From: Gemmatimonadota bacterium
GTDB lineage: Bacteria > Gemmatimonadota > Gemmatimonadetes > Gemmatimonadales > GWC2-71-9
Assembly: GCA_016794805.1 (NCBI GenBank)
Contig: JAEUJI010000323.1
Coordinates: forward strand, 1 to 50,823
DNA: 50,823 nucleotides
Direction: 5' to 3'
The position numbers and the translations under genes are program-made. A model generated the notes under the pieces. That model searched no databases. It worked only from the letters and a program-made list of their open reading frames with translations, and was not told the origin of the DNA. This document shows, in pieces, positions 39,566 through 48,396 of this stretch; position 1 is the first letter of the stretch; the number at the start of each line of letters is the position of its first letter.

Positions 39566-39970
39566 CTACCCGCCCCGCAGGCGCTGCGGGGCCTGCAGCA
39601 CGAGGAGCAGCAGCGCCACCGCCGTGACCACCAGGGGCAGGGCGCTGCCGCTCAGGAAGTGCGCCGCGGCGCCAAAGACCGCCGGCCCGTCCAGCAGGAC
39701 CCAGAGGACCATCACCTCGCCAAAATGGGCGTCCCACCACGCTTCGGCCGCGCGCAGCTCCTCCCGCGGCAGGCGACTCGCGAGGATCAGCGAACCCGCA
39801 CAGCCCATGGCCCCGAAGCCGAAGGCGAGGTAGACCAGCAGCTGCTGGAGCCGCGGCCCCACGGCGGCGGGTGGGGGCAGCACCGAGAAGACCACCGTCA
39901 GCAGCACGATCCCGGTGACCAGGGCCATGTGGACGATGCGGGCGGTCGCCTGACGGGAAGGGGCTGGCAT
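39566..39970 (-). CDS. Small integral membrane protein (about 4 TM)
   Basis: Four hydrophobic segments; TATCTT 6 nt before ATG. Confidence 0.7.
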   Translation of the reverse strand: MPAPSRQATARIVHMALVTGIVLLTVVFSVLPPPAAVGPRLQQLLVYLAFGFGAMGCAGSLILASRLPREELRAAEAWWDAHFGEVMVLWVLLDGPAVFGAAAHFLSGSALPLVVTAVALLLLVLQAPQRLRGG

Positions 39971-40004
39971 GCGGACAAGATAGAGCCCGCGCTAGATTGC
40001 GACC
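39971..40004. promoter_or_regulatory. Back-to-back divergent -10 elements driving two probably leaderless genes
   Basis: Minus TATCTT (39982-39977) + 6 nt + ATG; plus TAGATT (39993-39998) + 6 nt + ATG; no SD on either side. Confidence 0.65.
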
Positions 40005-41186
40005 ATGACTCCCCCTCCCGCCCGCCGGACCCAGGGCTTCCGCGAGTCGGTAATCCGCGGCATGTCACGGCTGGCCGCCCGGCATGGGGCCATCAACCTG
40101 GCGCAGGGCTTCCCCAACTTTCCCGCCCCCGAACTCCTCAAGGAGGCGGCGGCGCGCGCCATCCGGGACGACATCAACCAGTACGCCATCACCTGGGGCG
40201 CCCGGCGCCTGCGGGAGGCGGTGGCCCGGAAGTACCACGCCTGGTATGGCATGACCGTGGACCCCGAGGCGGAGGTCACGGTCACCTGCGGCGCCACGGA
40301 GGCGATGATCGCCGCGCTCCTGGCGCTGGTGAACCCCGGGGACGAGGTCATCGTCTTCGAGCCGTTCTACGAGAACTACGGCCCAGACACGATCCTCTGC
40401 GACGCCGCCCCGGTGTACCTGCCGCTCCTCCCGGGCGAGCCGCTTGACCTGGACCGGCTGGCCCGGGCGTTCACCCCCCGGACCAGGGCCATCATCCTCA
40501 ACAGCCCCGCCAATCCCAGCGGCCGGGTCCTCACCCGGGCTGAACTCGAGGGGATCGCCGAGCTCTGCCGGCGGCACGACGCCTGGGCGGTGACGGACGA
40601 GATCTACGAGCACATCCGCTACGGGGCGCCGCACATCCCCATCGCCACCCTGCCGGGGATGGCGGAGCGGACCATCACCATCAGCGGCGCCTCCAAGACC
40701 TTCAGCATCACCGGGTGGCGGCTCGGGACGATCGTCGCGCCCGCCGGCGCGACGGACGCGATCCGCAAGGTGCACGACTTCCTCACCGTCGGGGCGCCCG
40801 CGCCGCTGCAGGAGGCGCTCGCCACCGCGATGGACGAACTCGGGCCGGCGTACTATGACGAGATGGCCGCGGCGTATCTCCGCCGCCGCGGGATGCTGGG
40901 AGACGCGCTGTCGCGCGCGGGCTTCGGCGTCACCCTCCCGGAGGGGGCGTACTACATCCTCGCCGATTTCTCCCGGCTGTCGGACCTCCCCGACACGGCG
41001 TTCGCCGAATGGCTGGCACGGGAGCGCGGGGTGGCGCCGGTGCCGGGCTCGAGCTTCTTCAGCCGGCCGGAGCTGGGGCGCCGCTACGTGCGCTTCGTCT
41101 TCTGCAAGACCGACGACCTGCTCACCGAGGCGGCCGCCCGGCTGGAAGGCGCGGGGCTGCGCGAGGCGAAAGACCTCCAGCGCTGA
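40005..41186 (+). CDS. Class I/II PLP aminotransferase (YbdL/DapC-like)
   Basis: AINLAQGFP, LNSPANPSG, TDEIYEH, SGASKTFSITGWRLG. Confidence 0.93.
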   Translation: MTPPPARRTQGFRESVIRGMSRLAARHGAINLAQGFPNFPAPELLKEAAARAIRDDINQYAITWGARRLREAVARKYHAWYGMTVDPEAEVTVTCGATEAMIAALLALVNPGDEVIVFEPFYENYGPDTILCDAAPVYLPLLPGEPLDLDRLARAFTPRTRAIILNSPANPSGRVLTRAELEGIAELCRRHDAWAVTDEIYEHIRYGAPHIPIATLPGMAERTITISGASKTFSITGWRLGTIVAPAGATDAIRKVHDFLTVGAPAPLQEALATAMDELGPAYYDEMAAAYLRRRGMLGDALSRAGFGVTLPEGAYYILADFSRLSDLPDTAFAEWLARERGVAPVPGSSFFSRPELGRRYVRFVFCKTDDLLTEAAARLEGAGLREAKDLQR

Positions 41187-41196
41187 CCGGCCCGGA

Positions 41197-41225
41197 TTGC
41201 GCCGCCCCATGTCCCTGCCTATCGT
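41197..41225 (+). promoter_or_regulatory. sigma70 promoter for the leaderless uORF-TonB receptor operon
   Basis: TTGCGC (41197-41202), 17 nt, TATCGT (41220-41225), 7 nt, ATG 41233. Confidence 0.6.
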
Positions 41226-41232
41226 TTCCTTC

Positions 41233-41613
41233 ATGAAGCTCCCCCGGGCCGTCCTCCGCGGCGCTGTTGCCGTCGGGCAGATCCTGCTCTTCGTTGCGCT
41301 GCAGCTGGCGGACGGAAGCGGGCTGCACGGCTGCCCGGAGCACGACGCGGTCGGAGCCGTTGCCCCGGCGGCCACCGCTCAGCACGGTCCCGCGCATCAT
41401 TCCGAGCCCGCCGACGCGCATGACCATGCCGCCGGCTGCACCTGCCTCGGCAGCTGCCACGGATCGGCGATCACCGGAGTCCCGTCCGTTGCGCCGGCCC
41501 TCGCGCCGGCCCTGACACGCGCGTTCGTACTCAGCGCGCCCCAGCCCGTCACCCTGTTCCGGGTGGCGCCCCGCCTTCTCCCCTTCCAGATCGGCCCTCC
41601 CGCGAGCGCCTGA
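41233..41613 (+). CDS. Cys/His-rich DUF2946/CruR-like upstream ORF (putative metal-sensing ribosome-arrest leader)
   Basis: 126 aa: hydrophobic N-terminus, HGCPEHD, His-rich linker, CTCLGSC, C-terminus RLLPFQIGPPASA; directly upstream of a TonB receptor. Confidence 0.72.
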   Translation: MKLPRAVLRGAVAVGQILLFVALQLADGSGLHGCPEHDAVGAVAPAATAQHGPAHHSEPADAHDHAAGCTCLGSCHGSAITGVPSVAPALAPALTRAFVLSAPQPVTLFRVAPRLLPFQIGPPASA

Positions 41614-41695
41614 GCCGGTTTCCGTCCCGTCCGCGGTCGCGCCAGGTGGGCGCGCGCCGGGGCCGTGACCCAGGTCCCTCACGCCAGGGTTTCCG

Positions 41696-43756
41696 ATGTC
41701 CACGCCGTTCCGTGGCGTGCCGGTCTCTTTCGCCGGCGCGCTCCTCATGCTCCTCGCCGGCGCCGGGCCGCTTGCCGGCCAGGCGCAGGATTCCGCCCCG
41801 CTGGTCCTCGAAACGCTCGAGGTCACCGCGGAACGCATCCGCGCGGTTCCGCCACCGGAGCTGGTGGTCAACGTGCCGGGCCCCGTGGTGCAGCGGCAGC
41901 AGAGCGCCAACGCCTACGACCTGGTGCGCCGCGCCGCCGGACTCGAGGTGCACGAACAGGGGCAGGGCCCAGGCTGGGCCTCTGATGTCGTCATCCGCGG
42001 CTTCACCTCGGATCACTCCTCCGACGTCCTGCTGGTGCTGGATGGCGTCCCGATTAACCTGCCGCTGCACGGGCATGTGGAGGGCTACGCCGACTGGACC
42101 ATCTTCTCCCCCGCGGCGGTGAGCGGGCTCCGGGTCATCCACGGGCCGGCCAGTCCGCTGTACGGCAACTTCGCCTTCGCCGGCGCGGTGGAGGTCAACA
42201 CCCACGCCGATGCAGAGGGTCTCGCGGCGTCGCTCGGTGGGTCGAGCTACGGCGAGGCCGGGGGTTGGATCCGTACCGGACATCGCGGCGCCTCGGGCGG
42301 CTCTCTCATCGCGCTCGATGGCCGGCGGGAAGGGGGATGGCGGGACAACAGCGACAGCTGGCTCGGCAACCTGCTGCTGCGCGGCTGGCGCCGCGTGGGC
42401 GAGCGTACCCGGCTCGAAGGGGGGCTCGCGAGCTACGCGGCTACCTGGAACTCGCCCGGCTTCCTGGCGGTGGCGGACTACAACGCCGGCCACCTCAGCC
42501 GCGCCGCCGACCGGACCGATGGGGGCTCCGGAGGCCGGGCCATCCTCCAGGGCACCCTGCTGCACCGCTTTCCGAGCGAGACCCAGCTGGACCTGCAGGC
42601 CTGGGCCCAGCTGGTGCGCTCCACGGTCTTCCTGTCCATCGCCGAGGATGGTGTGGTGGAGCAGCAGGAGGAGCGGGACCGGCGGACCGCCCTGGGTTTC
42701 ACTGCCAGCTGGCGGGCCCCGGCCGGCAGCGGCGACGTGGCGTTCGGGGTCGATGGCCGCGCCGACTGGGACGACTACCAGCTCTATGGGACGCAACGCC
42801 GAGACCGGGTCGAGACCCGTCAGCTGAGTGACGGGCAGTTCCAGCAGGGCGGGGCGTACCTGCGCTGGCGCGGCTTCGTGTTCGACCGGGTGCAGTACGA
42901 CTTCGGTCTGCGGGGTGACCTGCTCCGGGTGCGGGCCCGGGATCGCGCCATCGCCGGCGATCCCTTCCGTGCCGAGGTGCAGGGGGCCATCTCCCCCAAG
43001 GCCGGCGCCCGGGTGTTGCTCGGCGGCCCCTGGAGCATGGTGGTCACCGGCAGCCGCGGCTTCCGCAGTGCCATCGGCACCATCACGAACCCGAAGCAGC
43101 CGCTCGTCACCGCCTGGTCCGGCGAAGTCGGGGTGCAGCTGAGTGGCGACCGGGTGAACGGCCAGCTCTCCCTGTTCCAGACCAGCACCCGGAATGAACG
43201 GATCCTCGACCCGGTCACCCTCCAGGTGTCCGATGCCGGCACCAGCCGCCGGCGCGGGATCTCGGCTTCTCTGGGCGTGGCGCTCACCTCCCGGCTCCGG
43301 GTCGCGCTGGAAGGCACGCTCAACGACGCGCGAATCACCGGCGCCGGGGACACCACCGGCACCCTGGTATCGACGTCCCTCGTCGGCGGCATCCCGAGGC
43401 CGAAACCCAGCTTTCATGATGTCCCGCTCACGCCGGGCGCCCGGGTGCCCGGCGTGGCGCGCTACCTCGGCCGGGCGGAGCTCGCGCTGGCCGCGACCTC
43501 CGCGCTCGAGACCCGGGTGCTCTTCCGCTGGAGCGGTCCCTTCACCCCGATCGGCGAACCGGGGGTGCGCACCCGCCCCTATGTCCTCACCGACCTGGGC
43601 GCCTCCCTCCGCATTCCGCGGTGGGGTACGCTCGATCTCGAACTGCAGAACCTGCTGAACGCGCGGTATCCCGAGATCCGCGCCTCCGGCTTTCTCAACC
43701 CTGGCGCGCCGCGGACCCTTCGCGCCGCGCTGCGCCTCCCGCTTGCCCCATCCTGA
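41696..43756 (+). CDS. TonB-dependent outer membrane receptor (probably metal-related)
   Basis: Signal peptide, TonB box ETLEVTA, plug IRGF..LVLDGVPINLPLHGHVEGYAD, GPASPLYG, C-terminal NLLNARY..PGAPRT. Confidence 0.92.
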   Translation: MSTPFRGVPVSFAGALLMLLAGAGPLAGQAQDSAPLVLETLEVTAERIRAVPPPELVVNVPGPVVQRQQSANAYDLVRRAAGLEVHEQGQGPGWASDVVIRGFTSDHSSDVLLVLDGVPINLPLHGHVEGYADWTIFSPAAVSGLRVIHGPASPLYGNFAFAGAVEVNTHADAEGLAASLGGSSYGEAGGWIRTGHRGASGGSLIALDGRREGGWRDNSDSWLGNLLLRGWRRVGERTRLEGGLASYAATWNSPGFLAVADYNAGHLSRAADRTDGGSGGRAILQGTLLHRFPSETQLDLQAWAQLVRSTVFLSIAEDGVVEQQEERDRRTALGFTASWRAPAGSGDVAFGVDGRADWDDYQLYGTQRRDRVETRQLSDGQFQQGGAYLRWRGFVFDRVQYDFGLRGDLLRVRARDRAIAGDPFRAEVQGAISPKAGARVLLGGPWSMVVTGSRGFRSAIGTITNPKQPLVTAWSGEVGVQLSGDRVNGQLSLFQTSTRNERILDPVTLQVSDAGTSRRRGISASLGVALTSRLRVALEGTLNDARITGAGDTTGTLVSTSLVGGIPRPKPSFHDVPLTPGARVPGVARYLGRAELALAATSALETRVLFRWSGPFTPIGEPGVRTRPYVLTDLGASLRIPRWGTLDLELQNLLNARYPEIRASGFLNPGAPRTLRAALRLPLAPS

Positions 43757-43772
43757 ACCAGAGGCAATTCGC

Positions 43773-44198
43773 ATGCGTTCCCCTTCTCGCTTCGTCCCCT
43801 CGGCCCTGCTTGTCACCGCCACCCTGGTGGCCGCCTGCAGCGACAGCAACGAGCCGCCCGCCGAGGATCACACCCCGGTTCGCCTGGAGCTGGCGGTGAA
43901 CGGAGTCGCCATGGCGGACGACACCGTGCGCCTGACGGCGGGCGGCAGCGACACCGTGCGCGTCACCTTCTACAATGCCGGGGACGAAAACCTCGATGCC
44001 CACGAGGATGATCACTACTCCGCGCTCACCTTCCTTCCCGCGACCGGCCTCACCGCCACCATCGACTCGACCCACCACTTCCGGCACGAGGTGGTGAACA
44101 CGGTGGCGGCGGGCACCACCGGCGATATCGACATCGGCTACGGGCACGACGCCGCGGCCGATGAGTACACCTTCACGGTGGCCTACAAGGCCGAGTAG
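43773..44198 (+). CDS. His/Asp-rich lipoprotein
   Basis: GAGG RBS, lipobox VAAC, motifs EDHTP, AHEDDHY, THHFRHE, YGHD. Confidence 0.78.
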   Translation: MRSPSRFVPSALLVTATLVAACSDSNEPPAEDHTPVRLELAVNGVAMADDTVRLTAGGSDTVRVTFYNAGDENLDAHEDDHYSALTFLPATGLTATIDSTHHFRHEVVNTVAAGTTGDIDIGYGHDAAADEYTFTVAYKAE

Positions 44199-44321
44199 TC
44201 CGGGAGAGATCCGCCCGGGCTCACGCCTCGTTGCATTGCGCGGGGCCGGAGGGTCACTCCGGCCGCCGCCCCGGGTGCCGGGGCGTTTGCGTGTCCTGCT
44301 CTGGCGGCGCCTGCCGTCGAG

Positions 44322-44969
44322 GTGCGATCCTTGGCCGTGCCCGATTCCCAGCACAGATTGCCGCGCCCCGACGCCCCCGGCCCGCGCCTCCTGAGCGACG
44401 CCCGGGAGGCCAGTCTCGCCGCGGGGCTCATCGCCCGCGACGAACGCGCCCTGGTGCAACTGGTGGAGGTGGCGACGCCCTGGCTGCTGGCGGTGGCGCA
44501 GGCGATGCTCGCCGACCGCGACGAGGCCGAGGAGGTGGTGCAGGAGGCCTTCACGATCGCCTGGCGCCGGGTGGACCTGTTCGACCAGAGCAGCGGCCGG
44601 CTGATGCCGTGGCTGCTCCGCATCACCCGCAATCGGGCCATCGACCGGCTGCGGGGACGGCGCCGCCGGGTGGACAAGGCGCGCCGGCTCCTGGCCCTCG
44701 GCGGGCTGGGGGCGGGCAGCGCCGCTCCCGTGGAACCGGACGAAGCCGGCACGCCCGGCTGGCAGGTGCACCGGGCCGTGCATGCCGCGCTCGCCGCGCT
44801 CCCTCCCGACCAGCGCGACGTGGTGCAGCTCGCCTATTTCGAGGGACTCACCCATTCGGAAATCGCGGGGCGGCTCGCCATCCCGCTCGGCACCGTCAAG
44901 ACGCGCCTTCGGCTTGCCTTTGACAAGCTGCGGGGCGGACTCTCCTCGCTCAAGGACTGGGTCGTATGA
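44322..44969 (+). CDS. ECF sigma factor (SigK-like)
   Basis: EAEEVVQEAF, WLLRITRNRAIDRLR, LAYFEGLTHSEIA...PLGTVKTRLR. Exact start uncertain. Confidence 0.9.
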   Translation: MRSLAVPDSQHRLPRPDAPGPRLLSDAREASLAAGLIARDERALVQLVEVATPWLLAVAQAMLADRDEAEEVVQEAFTIAWRRVDLFDQSSGRLMPWLLRITRNRAIDRLRGRRRRVDKARRLLALGGLGAGSAAPVEPDEAGTPGWQVHRAVHAALAALPPDQRDVVQLAYFEGLTHSEIAGRLAIPLGTVKTRLRLAFDKLRGGLSSLKDWVV

Positions 44970-45703
44970 TCGCGCACGACTGGTTTGTCGAACATCGCAC
45001 CGATTTCGTCGCCCGCACCCTCGAGCCCGACGAGGAGCGGAGCTTCACCGAGCACCTCGGCGGCTGCGCAGACTGCCGGGCCGCGATCGCGCGGCTGGAG
45101 CAGGAACTGGCCTGGCTTCCCATGGGGCTTGCCCCGGTACCGCCCCGCCCCGGACTCACCCGGTCGCTGGTGGCCGGCGCGCTGGGGGAGCGCCGGGGGC
45201 CGCCCCGGTGGCTGGTGCCGTTCGCCCTGGCGGCCTCGCTGGCCCTCAGTCTTGGCGCCTGGTTCTGGGCCCTGGGTACGACCCGGGCGTTCGAGCGGCA
45301 ACTGGCGCAGGAGCGGGGACGGCTGGTGGAGGAACTGGCCATGACTCGGGACACCCTCGGCATCATCCGGGAGGCGGGGATGGTGCGCCACGCGAGCATC
45401 AGCATGGGGAAGAAGCAGGGCGGGATGCTGATCTTCGCCGACGAGCGCACCCACCGCTGGAATGTGGTGGTCTACGGGCTGCCGGCGTCCGAGCCGGGGG
45501 AGGTGTGCCAGTTCTGGTTCATCACGGACTCGGGGATGGTGCGCGGCGTGGAAGTGAAGACTGATGGCCGGAGTCCCGCGCTGCTGACCCTGCCGATGCC
45601 GCCCAATGCCCGGAACGTGATGGGCGCGGCGCTGACCATCGAGCCGATGGGCGCGACCGGTGCCGCGCCCGCCGGTGTGGAGCTGGCACACCTGATGTTG
45701 TAG
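44966..45703 (+). CDS. Anti-sigma factor (ZAS + RskA-like C-terminal domain)
   Basis: HLGGCADC, TM ALAASLAL, C-terminal GLP..CQFWFI..AALTIEPMG; ATGA overlap with sigma. Confidence 0.85.
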   Translation: MIAHDWFVEHRTDFVARTLEPDEERSFTEHLGGCADCRAAIARLEQELAWLPMGLAPVPPRPGLTRSLVAGALGERRGPPRWLVPFALAASLALSLGAWFWALGTTRAFERQLAQERGRLVEELAMTRDTLGIIREAGMVRHASISMGKKQGGMLIFADERTHRWNVVVYGLPASEPGEVCQFWFITDSGMVRGVEVKTDGRSPALLTLPMPPNARNVMGAALTIEPMGATGAAPAGVELAHLML

Positions 45704-45707
45704 CGGC

Positions 45708-47120
45708 TCAGGCCGTGGGGGCGGGCAGGCGCAGGGTGAACGCCGCGCCGCGGTCCACCGGGTCCAGCGTGAGGGTCCCACCATGGGCTTCCGCGATCGA
45801 CCGCGCGATCGCGAGGCCCAGACCGGTGCCGGCCGTGGCGCCGGAGCCGCGGGCGAAGCGATCGAAGATCCGTTGCCGCAGCTCAGGGGCCACGCCGGGC
45901 CCGAAGTCGCGGACCGTGACCCACGAGGTGCCGGTGCCACTGCCGTTTCCTCCGGCGCTGCCGGTGGAGATCTCGATGGCAGAGCCCGGAGCGTGCAGCA
46001 GGGCGTTGTGGACCAGGGCGAGCAGGGCCCGCTCCAGCATGGGGCGATCGCCCTCCACCGGTGCAGCCTCGAACTCGCCGTGCCGCAGTTCCCGGTCGGC
46101 CGCCTGGGGCAGCGCGCGGACCCGGTTCAGCACCGGAGAGACCAGATCATCGAGGTACAGCCGTTCCCGGGCCGGCTGCAGGGCGTTGGTGTCGCCGCGC
46201 GCGATCAGCAACAGGTCCCCCACCAGATTGCCGAGTTCCGCCGCTTCGGCCGCGATCCGCTCCAGGGCCTGCCGGTCCAGCACCGGGTCGGGCCTGGCGC
46301 GGAGGGTGACCTCCGCCTCGCTGCGGAGGATGGCCACCGGGGTCCGGAGCTCGTGCGCCACGTCCGCCAGGAACTGCCGCTGCCCCTCCGCCACGCCCCG
46401 TTCCCGCTCGAGCGCGCTCCCCAGCCGGTCCACCAGGAGGTTGAGCGCGTCGGTGAGGCTGCTGATCTCGTCGCCGGCGGCGTGCGGGGCCAGGCGCGTG
46501 AACCCGGTGGCGCCGGCCTCGACCTGTTCGCTGATCCGTTCCGCCGACTCCGCCACCCGCCCGATCGGGCGGAGCACGAGCCCCGAACCCCACGCGCCGG
46601 CCACGGCCCCGAGCACCAGGATGAGGGGGAGGACCGTCACCAGCGATCGGCGCAGCCGCACCAGGCGCCGCTCCAGCGGCAGGGTGCCCATGGCCACGAC
46701 GACCTGCACGCCGTCGAGGGGGACCCGGATGATTCGCGCCGGTCCATCACGGAGCTCGACGGTGGAGAGGCGCCGTGCGCTCCCCGTCGCCGGGACATCG
46801 TTGAAGTAGGGTTCACCCGGGAGCCGCTGGCTCGCCGCCACAAAGCGGCCCAGGCTGTCGAACGCGACCAGGGTGCGGTCCCCATAGGCGAGTTCGCCCA
46901 CGACATGGGCCGCGGTCGCGCCGGCCGAGCCGAACTCGGGGCGGTCCAGCTGGAACAGCGCCCGGACGCTGCGGGCCGCGTCGCTCAGCCCATGGTCGAA
47001 GTCCCGCTGGTAGCTCCGCGCCAGGTGCAGGTAGAGCCCAAGGGCTCCGAGGCCCAGGAGGACCGCGAAGCCCGTGGCGAACACCAGCGCGAGGCGGGTG
47101 CGGAGGCCGAGCGGGTTCAC
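45708..47120 (-). CDS. Sensor histidine kinase (HAMP-HisKA-HATPase, CusS/CzcS-like)
   Basis: Two TM, FLADVAHELRTP, N-box LVHNA, VRDFGPG, GTGLGLAI. Confidence 0.93.
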   Translation of the reverse strand: MNPLGLRTRLALVFATGFAVLLGLGALGLYLHLARSYQRDFDHGLSDAARSVRALFQLDRPEFGSAGATAAHVVGELAYGDRTLVAFDSLGRFVAASQRLPGEPYFNDVPATGSARRLSTVELRDGPARIIRVPLDGVQVVVAMGTLPLERRLVRLRRSLVTVLPLILVLGAVAGAWGSGLVLRPIGRVAESAERISEQVEAGATGFTRLAPHAAGDEISSLTDALNLLVDRLGSALERERGVAEGQRQFLADVAHELRTPVAILRSEAEVTLRARPDPVLDRQALERIAAEAAELGNLVGDLLLIARGDTNALQPARERLYLDDLVSPVLNRVRALPQAADRELRHGEFEAAPVEGDRPMLERALLALVHNALLHAPGSAIEISTGSAGGNGSGTGTSWVTVRDFGPGVAPELRQRIFDRFARGSGATAGTGLGLAIARSIAEAHGGTLTLDPVDRGAAFTLRLPAPTA

Positions 47121-47806
47121 CCGGGGCGGATGCCCCGGGTAGGGTCGAGCGAATAGCCGGCGCCGCGCACGGTGTGGATCAGCGGCGTGAGGCCAGGCTG
47201 GTCGATCTTGCGGCGGATGCGCGACACGTAGACGTCGATGATGTTCGAGAAGGGGTCGTAGTTCTCATCCCAGACCGCGCCACTGATGGCGGCGCGGCCG
47301 CAGACCTGCCCTGCCTGACGGGCAAGATACTCGAGGAGCGCGTACTCGGTCGTCGTCATCTCCACGGGCCGCCCCGCCCGGGTGACGGTCCGGGCGGCGG
47401 GGTCCACCACGAGGTCCGCGACGGTGATCCGCGTGGGCCGGCTTTCGGGAGCCCGGCGCTGCAGGGCCCGGAGCCGGGCCACCAGCTCCTCGAAGGCGAA
47501 CGGCTTGACCAGGTAGTCGTCCGCGCCGCTGTCGAGGCCGGCCACCCGGTCCTCGACCGTATCGCGCGCGGTCAGCATCAGGATCGGGACCGGGATCGCC
47601 CGCTTGCGGAGCTCCGCCGCCAGCCCGAAGCCCGAGCCGTCTGGCAGGTTGACGTCGAGGATCACGGCGTCGTAGCGCTCCAGTTCAAGCTTCTGCCGCG
47701 CCGACGCCAGGGTGTCCGCCACGTCCACCGCATGGGCCGCCTCGCGCAGCCCCCGGGCCAGGCTTTCAGCCAGCCGGTGCTCGTCTTCTACCAGCAGGAC
47801 GCGCAA
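47117..47806 (-). CDS. OmpR/PhoB-family response regulator
   Basis: LLVEDE, ILDVNLP, LTA, DDYLVKPF, IHTVRGAGY; TTG start 47806 with GAGGGAG RBS. Confidence 0.93.
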   Translation of the reverse strand: MRVLLVEDEHRLAESLARGLREAAHAVDVADTLASARQKLELERYDAVILDVNLPDGSGFGLAAELRKRAIPVPILMLTARDTVEDRVAGLDSGADDYLVKPFAFEELVARLRALQRRAPESRPTRITVADLVVDPAARTVTRAGRPVEMTTTEYALLEYLARQAGQVCGRAAISGAVWDENYDPFSNIIDVYVSRIRRKIDQPGLTPLIHTVRGAGYSLDPTRGIRPG

Positions 47807-47819
47807 TTGGTCCGCTCCC

Positions 47820-48338
47820 TCAATCGTCGTCGCCGTCATGTTGGCCTCCGCCAGTCGCCGCCTGACCGCCATCGCCACCCGGTGCGAGGGCGGCGGCTCC
47901 AGGCCGAACCTCGTCGTGCCGGATTACCCCGCCCGCCAGCGCCGTCCAGCCGAACAGCGCCGCGCTCAGCGCCAGTCCCCCGGCGGTAATGCCGCCCAGG
48001 CCGGCCGCGGCCGGGCGCGAACCCCGGCTCTGCCACAACCCCACCACGGCGATGCCGCCGGTCAGCAGCATGGCGATGAGCGCCGCCTCGCCGCGTTCCT
48101 CGTGCTCGTGCACCAGGCGCTCCTGATACCACGTGGTGTCCTCCAGCTGCTCCTCCGCCGGCTCGCCGGTGAGGAACACGGGGTAGGACACGACCGCCAG
48201 CAGGACCACCGCGCCAAGCGCCGCCCGCTGCAGGTCGCGGGACCGGCGCAGGAGGCCCCACAGCAGCAGGGCCAGGACGAGCGGAGTGCCGATGACGGGC
48301 AGGTGATTGAGTATCAGGTGCAGGTGGGCAGGGCTCAT
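47820..48338 (-). CDS. His-containing 4-TM membrane protein (DUF2231-like)
   Basis: AHLHLILNHLPV, LTGEPAEE, VHEHEE, GGVIRHDEVR. Confidence 0.75.
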   Translation of the reverse strand: MSPAHLHLILNHLPVIGTPLVLALLLWGLLRRSRDLQRAALGAVVLLAVVSYPVFLTGEPAEEQLEDTTWYQERLVHEHEERGEAALIAMLLTGGIAVVGLWQSRGSRPAAAGLGGITAGGLALSAALFGWTALAGGVIRHDEVRPGAAALAPGGDGGQAATGGGQHDGDDD

Positions 48339-48364
48339 GGATCCGTCCGGTGGTGACCCGGGAC

Positions 48365-48396
48365 AATCTACGGCCCACCCATGAATTCATGATTAA
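48365..48396 (-). promoter_or_regulatory. OmpR/PhoB-type direct-repeat box plus -10 element
   Basis: Minus strand TTAAT-N6-TTCAT (11-bp period), 10 nt, TAGATT. Confidence 0.6.

Noticed and set aside
41614-41695. Possible cobalamin or other riboswitch before the TonB receptor
   Set aside because: Only 82 nt, with no B12-box or other recognisable aptamer core.
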